This document shows, piece by piece, positions 18,014 to 27,326 of a stretch of DNA of 64,000 bases. The translations under genes and the position numbers were made by a program. The notes beneath the pieces were generated by a model, which made no database searches, was not told the origin of the DNA, and saw only the letters and a list, made by a program, of their open reading frames with translations. Origin of the DNA: a virus. The stretch covers positions 1-64,000 of IMG/VR virus record IMGVR_UViG_3300044712_001084; one strand, given 5' to 3'. Positions within the stretch are counted from its first letter, which is position 1, and every line of letters starts with the position of its first letter.

Positions 18014-19532
18014 AATCCCAATCCTCTATATAAAAATCCATAGTATCGTCAGTGTTCAGCGTCACCACCTCTCCAATATCATCTGAAAATGTAATAGGTG
18101 GCGCCACTCCAGCATCTCTGGGCAATATCCATACATCTTCCGCTTTCACAGTTCTAGATAGCACCAATCCAGTCAACCGTCTCGATTTATTACTGGCGAA
18201 TAAGTAGGCTCTACCTCTATTATTAGAGAACGATGATAATCCATAAACTTTAGCAGTCACGTGTTTATCGGCATCTTCTATCGTTATACCAGCCTTCTCC
18301 AGCATAGCGGTGCGTAATTTACCAGCATAACGTCCATTTACACCTCTATACATGACTACTTCTTCGCCATACAACTCTCTGAACAAGGCTTGATTATATT
18401 CCTGCCTAGCCTTGAAACCGGCAATCTGCCTATCCGTCAGTTGGACGTCAATCAAACCTTTAGGTTTATTCTTATTAGTCGTCAACGTGTTTATAGCAGC
18501 CCATTCATTATAAGCGCTGCCTGGCGACATAGTCCAATTTTCTTGCGAACCCATTACAAATAACATAGTTTCACGATCTGTCTTGGACTCTATATATTGC
18601 GCCATAGCGTAATCACGCGTCAGATTGCCTTGCCCTCGAAACACGCGCTGACCCAAATGAAAATATGAAGCTGAATATGAATCACCTCCATAAAACTTAG
18701 CATATTTGCGCTCATTAGCAAGTAGATACTGATGTAAATCCTCGATATATGGGTCATCTTCCGCTAACTGCGTGACTATAGCGCTAGATGGCGCAGAGCC
18801 GCCAACCTTACCAGGACGTCCTGCGTGGTCAAAATTACCGCTGCCTTCTCCACCTTTGAGTCGGATAGCGCCACGCTCTTTCTTCACCTCGCCATTATTA
18901 TACAGGCTCTTTATATAGTCATAGAATTTGCCTGGATTGCTGTAACCCATAGCCTTTATAGCCGTGCGAACAGCTTGCTGCGTGGACACGATACCTGTTT
19001 TGGGTGATAGAGCGTAATCACTGGTATGTAAGCGTAATTGATTCAAACCAAATCTACGCTCCCATTGAAAATACTGGCTGCCACCTCTCGAATAGATCAT
19101 ATAATCAAACTCTGCTTCAGACATCTTCAGCAAAGGCTGTAATTCATTCCATCCGATTAGATTGGCGGCTGGGTGCTCAGCTGCATAACCTTTCAACGCG
19201 TGTAATAGATAGCCCACCGACATCTTATCTTGCGCAGATGCCTTTGGAATATCTGGCCCAGGCTCGTTTATAGAGGCAATAAAATCCTCTCTTGATACAT
19301 CACCCCATACGATATTCTGTATGCGTTTATTGACATGATCCGCATAGCCTCTAATATCAGGCTGCTGAAGTCTGGCGTAAGTGGCAATATTGACGTTCTG
19401 ATCCCAAGCCAAGCGCTGGTCACTTGTAAGAGCCGCATCACCATCGACCACGCTACCACCAACTTGGCCTGGTCTACCAGCGTGACCGAAGTTTCCAGAG
19501 CCTTTACCACCCTTCAATCTAATAACTGCCAT
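18003..19532 (-). CDS. Tagged protein 4: tag-unknown domain-tag-ADP-ribosyltransferase-like domain
   Basis: Two tag copies; C-terminal MYRGV...LSSFS...GEVV (R-S-E ART pattern). Confidence 0.6.
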   Translation of the reverse strand: MAVIRLKGGKGSGNFGHAGRPGQVGGSVVDGDAALTSDQRLAWDQNVNIATYARLQQPDIRGYADHVNKRIQNIVWGDVSREDFIASINEPGPDIPKASAQDKMSVGYLLHALKGYAAEHPAANLIGWNELQPLLKMSEAEFDYMIYSRGGSQYFQWERRFGLNQLRLHTSDYALSPKTGIVSTQQAVRTAIKAMGYSNPGKFYDYIKSLYNNGEVKKERGAIRLKGGEGSGNFDHAGRPGKVGGSAPSSAIVTQLAEDDPYIEDLHQYLLANERKYAKFYGGDSYSASYFHLGQRVFRGQGNLTRDYAMAQYIESKTDRETMLFVMGSQENWTMSPGSAYNEWAAINTLTTNKNKPKGLIDVQLTDRQIAGFKARQEYNQALFRELYGEEVVMYRGVNGRYAGKLRTAMLEKAGITIEDADKHVTAKVYGLSSFSNNRGRAYLFASNKSRRLTGLVLSRTVKAEDVWILPRDAGVAPPITFSDDIGEVVTLNTDDTMDFYIEDWDYGN

Positions 19533-19535
19533 GGT

Positions 19536-20303
19536 TCACTTCCCTAATAAAGATTTGAGTTGCGTGAGGTCTTTTGCCTGGTCTAACTGGCGCTGCTCCA
19601 TCCTAGCTAGAATATCAGCCACATAATCAGGCCTGGACTGATATGCGATATACTGGCGCAGAGCCGTCTCGTCACCGTTGAAAACAACGATATCCATTGG
19701 ACGTTCAGCGCAACCTGGTAATATAAACCTATCCGCTGATATCTGCCACAACTGACAAGTGCCAACGGTATTGCCTGGGTTCCAGGACGTAGCTCTAATC
19801 TTGCTATGTAAATCAGCCCATGACAATCTGGTCGTGTTAGCAGGATAGAATGTATAAGGATATCTGGCCCAGGTATAACGCTCGCTGGGCCACTTGGATA
19901 GATAGGATATGAACCAACCTCCAGTATAGATATCGAATGACCAGGCAGCCGTCACCATATCCACAAATTTCTGTACATCAGCCGCATACGTAACAGCTGC
20001 GTAATTCTCTGGAGGCTTGACCTCGATATCCAGCATAACGTGCGTAGCCTCTTTGGGCATATGCGCACGCAACCAGTCAAAATTAGCTCTTGCGTTTACC
20101 CAGGGATTGTATACAAAATAGGGCCAGCGCAAGAAGTTAGCAGCCTGGTCCCACTGGGCTTGAAAATTGGCATCGAGGTGATGCCCACCGTTCATGTTAT
20201 TGAGCCTGACGATTATGGCACGCACTCCAGCATCCCATAATATCTGCTCTTCAATGTCCAGGCTTCCTTCCCAAACGTCCACAGCTAGCGTATAAGTAAG
20301 CAT
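19536..20303 (-). CDS. Endolysin, GH25 muramidase
   Basis: AVDVWEG, PYFVY, LDIEV (DxE), IYTG, LWQ, MDI. Confidence 0.8.
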   Translation of the reverse strand: MLTYTLAVDVWEGSLDIEEQILWDAGVRAIIVRLNNMNGGHHLDANFQAQWDQAANFLRWPYFVYNPWVNARANFDWLRAHMPKEATHVMLDIEVKPPENYAAVTYAADVQKFVDMVTAAWSFDIYTGGWFISYLSKWPSERYTWARYPYTFYPANTTRLSWADLHSKIRATSWNPGNTVGTCQLWQISADRFILPGCAERPMDIVVFNGDETALRQYIAYQSRPDYVADILARMEQRQLDQAKDLTQLKSLLGK

Positions 20304-20305
20304 AA

Positions 20306-21733
20306 TTACTTAGCTCCAATTGATCTACTTCCTAGCGTGTCTTTTTCCACGTGAATACCAAATTGCGTAAGGAATGGCCCACTAGATGGTGCTGTACTGG
20401 ATGCGGCAATCCTCGTGACCTTGGCCAAAATACGTCCACCCATTTTCATGTTGGCATCCAATAGCGTGCCTATAGATGTAGTAATCTCTGACATATCGTC
20501 AGTATTGGCAGGCACCGTTGTCTCAGCGCTAATGGTCACCGTATCCGAGTAAATAGGGAATGGCGCGGCAATAGCTGGTCCAGTGGTATATGAATACTCT
20601 ATTTGCCATTTTACATAACGATCTGACGCATCCGATACACCAGTCACCCAGTGAATATGGAATTCTATAGAGCTTCCTTCTTTATAAGCGTGCGACACCT
20701 CTTGCGCGTCAAATTCTACCGATTGATTGGTATTGAATCTGTAGGCATAAAACCCATTCGGCATTGCTAATAATGCCGCGCCAGTCACTCTTGCCGAGGA
20801 TATAGAACACGCGATATCATCGAAGACTGTCGCAGAGCCGTTGAATTTGATCGTACCGTCAGTCTCTATCGTGGTATTATTCGTGCTATCACCTAATACC
20901 AGTGGATAGGTGAGCATAGGTTCCCAGTCTGGATAGCCTCCAACGACCTTTAGCACCTCACCCGTTGAACCTATAGGAAGCCGCGTAGGACTGGATAGAA
21001 CTGACGATAGCGTGAATTCACGCGTATCCGAGTATAAGGGCCACCCACCGTTCAATTGCGCTGTTACGACATAGCGTCCGTCAGTTGGCGCGTTATCTAA
21101 GTAAGAAGATGTCCACTGCTGCTCGTGGCCAGCTGATGAGTCAGTTCCGAAGCGCGCACTTTTGCTGCCAAGAACAGTTCCAGTCAAGGACTCTTTGCGC
21201 ACGCGCAACGTGTAATCCTTATACACGCCATAAGCAATACCGCTGACCCATATATTCCAAGTGACGGTAATCGAGGTGCCAACGTCCACCGTCAAATCCA
21301 TATCCGCAATTATCACTTCGCTCGTGGAATTGTGTATAAGCTCTAATATATATGGCGTAGGATTGGATACCACTGTATTGGGCCCAAGGTAAATCATATC
21401 ACCTTCAGCCGTCATAGGGTTCGGCATAATCCCTATGTTATCAATAGCCTCTAGAGCCTCTTGAACAGTATCGTCAGCGACATCAAAGACTTTCGTGAAA
21501 CTGGACGTGTCCACCGATATAATCGAGGCAGGATGACCTGATGTAGTGAGACCACTCAACGCTGAATGCGCGATAGCCTCAGCGCTCTGCGACACGTCAA
21601 CCCATGAAGCACCGTTGAACCAATACAACACTGGTTCGTCTGTCAGAAACCACGTACCTTCTCTGACAGTCGTAAATGCCAGCATTTCTACCTCTGTACC
21701 AATATATAACGGTGCTCCATGAGTCTTGACCAT
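20306..21733 (-). CDS. Tail fiber/virion protein
   Basis: TVQEALEAI, MTAEGDMIY, RLPIGSTGEVL fiber-type motifs. Confidence 0.6.
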   Translation of the reverse strand: MVKTHGAPLYIGTEVEMLAFTTVREGTWFLTDEPVLYWFNGASWVDVSQSAEAIAHSALSGLTTSGHPASIISVDTSSFTKVFDVADDTVQEALEAIDNIGIMPNPMTAEGDMIYLGPNTVVSNPTPYILELIHNSTSEVIIADMDLTVDVGTSITVTWNIWVSGIAYGVYKDYTLRVRKESLTGTVLGSKSARFGTDSSAGHEQQWTSSYLDNAPTDGRYVVTAQLNGGWPLYSDTREFTLSSVLSSPTRLPIGSTGEVLKVVGGYPDWEPMLTYPLVLGDSTNNTTIETDGTIKFNGSATVFDDIACSISSARVTGAALLAMPNGFYAYRFNTNQSVEFDAQEVSHAYKEGSSIEFHIHWVTGVSDASDRYVKWQIEYSYTTGPAIAAPFPIYSDTVTISAETTVPANTDDMSEITTSIGTLLDANMKMGGRILAKVTRIAASSTAPSSGPFLTQFGIHVEKDTLGSRSIGAK

Positions 21734-21735
21734 TT

Positions 21736-21966
21736 CTAATCCTTGCTGCGCAACTGAAACTTCTTTTTACGAGGGCCACTGGGTGTCGTAATGGCCGCCA
21801 ACGCAGCCCTCCAGGCATCATCCAAGGCTTCGTCCTTTACTTCCTCAGTCCAGATACTGGCACCAGTCGGTTTACCATTATCATCCACGATCTGGCCGTC
21901 CGGCTGCGTCTCTGGCTCAACGGTTTTGGCGCTGCTTAGCTTTACTCTCATAGTATGCCTCTCCAA
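21736..21966 (-). CDS. Small hypothetical protein
   Basis: Co-oriented; GGAGAGG RBS before ATG at 21951. Confidence 0.5.
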   Translation of the reverse strand: MERHTMRVKLSSAKTVEPETQPDGQIVDDNGKPTGASIWTEEVKDEALDDAWRAALAAITTPSGPRKKKFQLRSKD

Positions 21967-23173
21967 CTCGATAGCTCAATGAATCATCTGCCATATACTT
22001 TATGGCTTGCCAACTGGAATTCAGCATGGACTCTTTACCTAATTTGAAACCATCTGGACCTACGAATGCCGCAATCTCCCAAGAGTGCTGTAAGGAATCC
22101 AACGTGGATCTAGGCATAGCCGTATTATAGCGCTGGCTCCACATACGCTCCAATTTGGCTTGAGCGCCAATCAGATACGTCTCGTGCCTGAAATCGAAGC
22201 CCATCCTGGCCCACGCGTACCCACCTACGTCAATATTGGCGTAAATAGTGACCTCTTTGATGCCAGCTTCTTTATAAGTCACTTCACTGGATTGATACCA
22301 GGCAGAGCCGAACCCAGTACCTTGCTGACTACCATTCAGAGTGAATAGGTCGTGATGAACTTCCTTCAACTTTACATAAATAGAGCGTGTAAAGCCACCG
22401 ACATAACTACCATCGGCAGTTCGCACAATACCTTCCACTTCAACCGTTGGACCTCTAGACCCATCCTTCAACGTTATCGATTGAACTATACCACGCGTAC
22501 CCGTAGTTTCATCCACAGTATTCCAAGCTTCTTCTACAAAATCCTCGATGGGCTTGGTATATCCTGCTTTTGTCCAGGCTTCTAATACGTCTCTATCAGT
22601 AACACTGAGCGGTCCTCGCAATTGATTTTTCACCTCGGAAGCCAGAGGCTCAACCTTCAGACCTTTCTTTGGATTGATAGCCTTATCAGCTGGCTTGGGA
22701 TAATCCATAGTAGGCTCAGTCATACGCGGCTTGGGGTGTGACCATAGGTCCCATTCCTCCATAGCTCTTTGCCGCGCCAGCCCTGCCTCGAATGATGCTG
22801 TCACATTACCCCAACCTTGCTCACGCGATATGCGATATTGTAAATCATATGCCTCTTGGCCGCGCAACTCACGCGTAGCGTTATCGCGCAAATCCGCATC
22901 CCATATCTCATACTGGCGCTGTCTCGCATCACGCCCATAATCCTCTGCCATGGTACGTGACCAACCAGCACGCATCTGGCGCGTGACCTCGGTGGAGCGT
23001 GCTCGTTCTCCAGCATTCAATCTATCGCGTCTGGCTTGCTGCTCTGGCGTCAATTCTCTGGGCGCTGAACCACGTGCTGGCGCTGAACCTCCGACACGCC
23101 CAGGTCTGCCAGCGTGACCAAAGTTCCCAGAATTATCATTGCCTTCTTTCCAAGTGACCACTATCTTACCCAT
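21917..23173 (-). CDS. Tagged protein 5: GNAT-like acetyltransferase domain
   Basis: VTWKEGNDNSGNFGHAGRPGRVGGSAP; C-terminal QQGTGFG (acetyl-CoA motif A) and GGYAWARMGF. Confidence 0.65.
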   Translation of the reverse strand: MGKIVVTWKEGNDNSGNFGHAGRPGRVGGSAPARGSAPRELTPEQQARRDRLNAGERARSTEVTRQMRAGWSRTMAEDYGRDARQRQYEIWDADLRDNATRELRGQEAYDLQYRISREQGWGNVTASFEAGLARQRAMEEWDLWSHPKPRMTEPTMDYPKPADKAINPKKGLKVEPLASEVKNQLRGPLSVTDRDVLEAWTKAGYTKPIEDFVEEAWNTVDETTGTRGIVQSITLKDGSRGPTVEVEGIVRTADGSYVGGFTRSIYVKLKEVHHDLFTLNGSQQGTGFGSAWYQSSEVTYKEAGIKEVTIYANIDVGGYAWARMGFDFRHETYLIGAQAKLERMWSQRYNTAMPRSTLDSLQHSWEIAAFVGPDGFKLGKESMLNSSWQAIKYMADDSLSYRVGEAYYESKAKQRQNR

Positions 23174-23858
23174 CTTGAACCTCGCTGTAATCTGGAAGAT
23201 AAACTTCGCTGCGCCGCATATCGACATTCTGAGCAACTTCTCCACCCAGTCTAGCCGCTAACTCACGTGCCGCACGTTCTCGCACGTTTGGATCCGTGAT
23301 ATACTTTGAGAATAAATCAGCCACCGTGGCTCGTAATAATAAAACTTGCGCAGCCGTGAGTGTATTGCGGGCATCGGTGCGCGATATCTTTTCCACCAGC
23401 GTGCCTATGGATCCAATGACATTCAAAAACCGATTGAGCCATATCCCATAATTATCATCCCCAGGCTCTGGAAATAAGGACACCATTTCAGCATAAATAG
23501 CCTTGGCCGTAGCCAACTCATAATCGAGGTTCAATAACTTACCACGATCTTGATTCAGATATTCCTGGATCTGGTCATTGAGCCGCGTGCGCGTCACAAA
23601 CGCTGTGCGCCCAGTGCGAATGTTGGGATTGGCTGATGTATTTCCACCGTGAAACGCGCACGCGCCTGTACCAACGTGCCAAGTCTTATACCCAGCTGGG
23701 TTGGTGCAGCGCAACGCGTGATCTTTATGCATGCGCCTGAAACAGATTGCCTTTTCCTCTCGATTGGCTGGCAACTTGACAAAATAGGTCGTGCCACCCG
23801 GTGTGCCAGGCTCTTCGCGTATATTTCCAGCGCGTATTTTTGAGAATTCAACCGACAT
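23166..23858 (-). CDS. Putative terminase small subunit (HGG-motif protein)
   Basis: C...RCTNPAG..TWHVGTGACAFHGG followed by helical oligomerisation-like region. Confidence 0.5.
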   Translation of the reverse strand: MSVEFSKIRAGNIREEPGTPGGTTYFVKLPANREEKAICFRRMHKDHALRCTNPAGYKTWHVGTGACAFHGGNTSANPNIRTGRTAFVTRTRLNDQIQEYLNQDRGKLLNLDYELATAKAIYAEMVSLFPEPGDDNYGIWLNRFLNVIGSIGTLVEKISRTDARNTLTAAQVLLLRATVADLFSKYITDPNVRERAARELAARLGGEVAQNVDMRRSEVYLPDYSEVQDG

Positions 23859-23930
23859 ATGGACCTCTACATATAAATTCACGTCAGTATATTTACTGAC
23901 GTGAATGTTTACCAGGAATAATGACAATTA

Positions 23931-24389
23931 TCACGACTCTATAGCGGCATTATCTGGACTTTCTTCGCAAGTGGGTGCTTGCCACAAGTCTGGCGTCCAA
24001 ACCGGAATTTGCTTCAAGCTCAGGATTTGCCTGTGTAAACTCTCGATGCCCACCATGAGGTAGGCCAGCCTGTCTGCGTAAGCGTTGACTACTAACCTCA
24101 ACTGGTGTATAAGTCTGGCCTGGGAGTGGTATTGGCGCTCTAGCCGCGTCACCTTCTCGTTCAATTCCTCTATCATGGCAGAAGCCGTCTGGCGTATCTG
24201 CTCTGCCCATTGAGCGCGCAATAGCTGCGCCTTCTCTTCCGTCTCGATAGCCTCTGCGCGTCTCTTTTTACGCTCTAATACCGCTAACACCAGTGTAGTG
24301 ACAATACCTGAGCCCAGTAAGGCAGTGAATAACGATACTACAGCCGTCACCACTATATTAGTATTATCCACAGTCTCCAGTAAATTCAT
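23931..24389 (-). CDS. Membrane-anchored coiled-coil protein (lysis-associated)
   Basis: N-terminal TM then coiled coil. Confidence 0.55.
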   Translation of the reverse strand: MNLLETVDNTNIVVTAVVSLFTALLGSGIVTTLVLAVLERKKRRAEAIETEEKAQLLRAQWAEQIRQTASAMIEELNEKVTRLERQYHSQARLIHQLRLVVNAYADRLAYLMVGIESLHRQILSLKQIPVWTPDLWQAPTCEESPDNAAIES

Positions 24390-24661
24390 AAATCCACCAA
24401 TCCTTCTGCGGCAGAGGCAGTCAGCATGAAGGTCAACGCCAATAGCAATAAGTAGCCGCTAACGTCCTGCATGGACGTGATATGAGTAAAATCCAATATA
24501 ATGACAATCAACGCATACAAGCTGGCTGATGCCTGAGTCAACCGCACCACCGATTTATTTTTCAAACGATATCGCTTAGCATAAGCTACGTTGGCTATCA
24601 CTGCTACAATCGCCATAGCGGCAGCTAGTATCTTCACGACATCAGTCAGCATATGCGTCAT
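24386..24661 (-). CDS. Three-TM membrane protein
   Basis: Hydrophobic segments, coupled overlaps. Confidence 0.55.
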   Translation of the reverse strand: MTHMLTDVVKILAAAMAIVAVIANVAYAKRYRLKNKSVVRLTQASASLYALIVIILDFTHITSMQDVSGYLLLLALTFMLTASAAEGLVDL

Positions 24662-25083
24662 TCCTTACCAGTCATAAAGGCTGATATAGCCTTTTTTACC
24701 GCGTTATTACCCATGTCGAATAAACCAGTGCTGGCCAAACCGAATGCCAGGCAGAAGATAACCGTCTCCACCCAGGGATTGAGTTGCGGGAACATTGTCA
24801 TAAGTTTGTATATAAATCCCACAACCACGCTGATGATCAGGGCCACTAGCATCAAGGTATTGCCCTTTACACCAAAACGTTTGACCAACTCGACATAACC
24901 CATAACCAGCATTATAAGACTCACGCCGCCAATGGTTGGGTCCATAGGCAATGCGGGCTGCGCGCTGGGATCAATGGGCACCGCGTCCTGCGATAATGGC
25001 GCGGCATAAGCCACGCCCACGAAAGTGGCGCACATGACAATCATCAGCGCCAGCAACACAATCGTACGAATTGCATGCTTCAT
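24658..25083 (-). CDS. Holin-like protein
   Basis: Signal-like N-terminus, TM helices, GLASTGLFD. Confidence 0.6.
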   Translation of the reverse strand: MKHAIRTIVLLALMIVMCATFVGVAYAAPLSQDAVPIDPSAQPALPMDPTIGGVSLIMLVMGYVELVKRFGVKGNTLMLVALIISVVVGFIYKLMTMFPQLNPWVETVIFCLAFGLASTGLFDMGNNAVKKAISAFMTGKE

Positions 25084-25124
25084 AATCTATCCTTTCTCTA
25101 GTCGATATTGCCTGACAACTATAT

Positions 25125-25910
25125 TTACTGAGGCAGTTTTATCATCATACCTGCGAATATCGCACGCACTCGCTTGTAATCTACCTCTCCAAGCACAGTA
25201 CGCAAATCACGTAACAACGTGAATTCACCTCCATCACTATAATCATCTAGCGATGCGTTGCTCAGATGAAGGTTGCGTAAGAATATAAGGCTGGAATTGT
25301 ATATGATTGTCATGATGGGAACTGGTATACTAGCTAGCTGAGCAATCTGCGTTATCGCGTCCCGGCTGCGCTGCTCTCGACATAGCGAACTGTAAATGAG
25401 TTCTGACACTTCATCCAAGATGATACAAGGTATAGATGGGAAGCGTTGCCGATTGTAATGCGTAAGATCCACCAATATAGCATCCTCGCATAGCTTGTCG
25501 AATGCCAGCGTGGATTGACAATCCTCTAGCCCATCCTCCAGTGAATCAACCTCGTCACTATCCTCTGACGGCTTGGCGAAGTCGTCTAGTAAGATCACGC
25601 GGCTCTCTTTAGTTGAATAGGTGCGGCATATATTATGGATCACAGTCGTGAAGTAATTATGCAGCGTGGATACACCTGGATTGAAATAGCGGCTGGAATG
25701 CTGGATTTTCATCAAGGCTTCTTGAATCAAATCCTCTCTATCGTTGGGATCATAAATGCTAACTATGGCTTCAACTAGGTATTGAGATAATTCAACAATT
25801 CTAGCCATGATAGCAGGATTTTCAGATTGCTGCCAATCCAACACTAACTCGGTGACTCTAGCGTTGTCAAATATTAGAGCCGTTTTATCAGCGCGTAGTG
25901 TGCCAGACAT
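25125..25910 (-). CDS. Phage sigma-70-like factor
   Basis: Region 2 pattern DREDLIQEALMKI...FNP...LHNYFTTVIHN. Confidence 0.65.
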   Translation of the reverse strand: MSGTLRADKTALIFDNARVTELVLDWQQSENPAIMARIVELSQYLVEAIVSIYDPNDREDLIQEALMKIQHSSRYFNPGVSTLHNYFTTVIHNICRTYSTKESRVILLDDFAKPSEDSDEVDSLEDGLEDCQSTLAFDKLCEDAILVDLTHYNRQRFPSIPCIILDEVSELIYSSLCREQRSRDAITQIAQLASIPVPIMTIIYNSSLIFLRNLHLSNASLDDYSDGGEFTLLRDLRTVLGEVDYKRVRAIFAGMMIKLPQ

Positions 25911-26365
25911 AATGCCTCCGCCATACCGTCATTAGGTTTATAGCACCTCGGTGTGGGTAATAATGATGCTGAAGGGTACGCCATACGGCAGAATGCAATA
26001 GCCGCATCTTTATCTTTTTTGGTTCCAGCCAATACAATCTTCTTCCACGCTTGCGGTGTAACCATATACCGTGGAATTTGTAGCGCACCTAACACACCGT
26101 GGATTATACCAGTAGACATACCAAACGAGAACATACTGGTGACACCCTGGCCTGGCATAGCGCTGACTTTCTCGATACAAGCTGCGACATGCTCAGGCTG
26201 CTGGTGATTATCGTATATTTCCATGAACCAGGCAGCAATGCGCTCTGGATCCACCCCATGACCAGATTGAGGCATAGGTGCTGTATAGATAGCTTGGCTA
26301 GCGCCATAAATGGCTGCCAGCCCTCCACCCATACCTGGATCTATGCCAAAATACAGGCTATTCAT
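25874..26365 (-). CDS. ruvC: RuvC-like Holliday junction resolvase
   Basis: FGIDPG, CIEKV, PGQGVTSMFSFG, TPQAWKK, DGMAEA. Confidence 0.85.
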   Translation of the reverse strand: MNSLYFGIDPGMGGGLAAIYGASQAIYTAPMPQSGHGVDPERIAAWFMEIYDNHQQPEHVAACIEKVSAMPGQGVTSMFSFGMSTGIIHGVLGALQIPRYMVTPQAWKKIVLAGTKKDKDAAIAFCRMAYPSASLLPTPRCYKPNDGMAEALCLAHYALIKRL

Positions 26366-27323
26366 ACGATATCCTGCGACAATGGATAACTGGCACGCGC
26401 CATTTACCAGCACGTATAGACGGCTGTTTCAACTTGGTCATTGCCATAGGCATGCCGTCCATCAAAGATACAAACGCATTACGCAAAAGGTATTGCTTTA
26501 TGCGCTTAGCGTTTGCTGGTCTATAATCTCCAATAGCATCGAGTATAGCTTGCCTAGAACCCACCCTATCTGCGTAGAGGGCCATTATATAGATATTCTT
26601 GCATATCCGTTCAAATCCGAACGTTAGAATGGCGCTAGACAATCTATCTGACAGTACGGCTGGCCCAGGATAGCTGCCAGTGGCCGCGTTGGTGATATTC
26701 GTTAGCTCTCGGAATTCTTTGAATAGTTTGCTAGCCGTCTTTTCACCGATACCAGGCACACCTGGGATATTATCACTTGAGTCGCCAATCAGTGCGCGCC
26801 AATCCACGTAATTCGAGAATGCTATATCATAGTCAGTCTCTACATCGACCATCGTGTACACTTTATCTTTAGAGGGATAATACACGCTCACGCCCAACTC
26901 ATCATCGATGGCCTGGAATAGGTCTTTATCCCCACTAACGATCATATTGTCACCTTCCAGCATACGGCTGGCGTGATACAAGTGATCGTCAGCCTCTGCG
27001 CCAAGTTTGCGAACGCTGACCACGCCCATCATAGGGAACACGTAATCAGTAAGCTCTTGGACTTGGCGCAGAAAGTCTTGATATTCGAGTGGGTCACCAT
27101 GGTCACGATTGGCTTTATACTCTGGTACAGCTTTGCGCCTGAACTCAGGCACTCCACCATCCCAGCATACCACTATGGATGAAGGCTTGAAGCGCTTTAT
27201 CAAGCTGGCCACGTTGCGCAAGAAGCCATAGGTCACGCTTACATCTACCCCATGGTGCGATAGATGAAACGCATGACGACATCGATGAGCCAGATTATTT
27301 CCATCAATAAGTAAATTCAACAT
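26358..27323 (-). CDS. 5'-3' exonuclease/flap endonuclease
   Basis: LLIDGNN, YKANR, EADD, SGDKD, GDSSDNIPGVPGIGEKTA. Confidence 0.92.
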   Translation of the reverse strand: MLNLLIDGNNLAHRCRHAFHLSHHGVDVSVTYGFLRNVASLIKRFKPSSIVVCWDGGVPEFRRKAVPEYKANRDHGDPLEYQDFLRQVQELTDYVFPMMGVVSVRKLGAEADDHLYHASRMLEGDNMIVSGDKDLFQAIDDELGVSVYYPSKDKVYTMVDVETDYDIAFSNYVDWRALIGDSSDNIPGVPGIGEKTASKLFKEFRELTNITNAATGSYPGPAVLSDRLSSAILTFGFERICKNIYIMALYADRVGSRQAILDAIGDYRPANAKRIKQYLLRNAFVSLMDGMPMAMTKLKQPSIRAGKWRVPVIHCRRISYE

Positions 27324-27326
27324 GTT

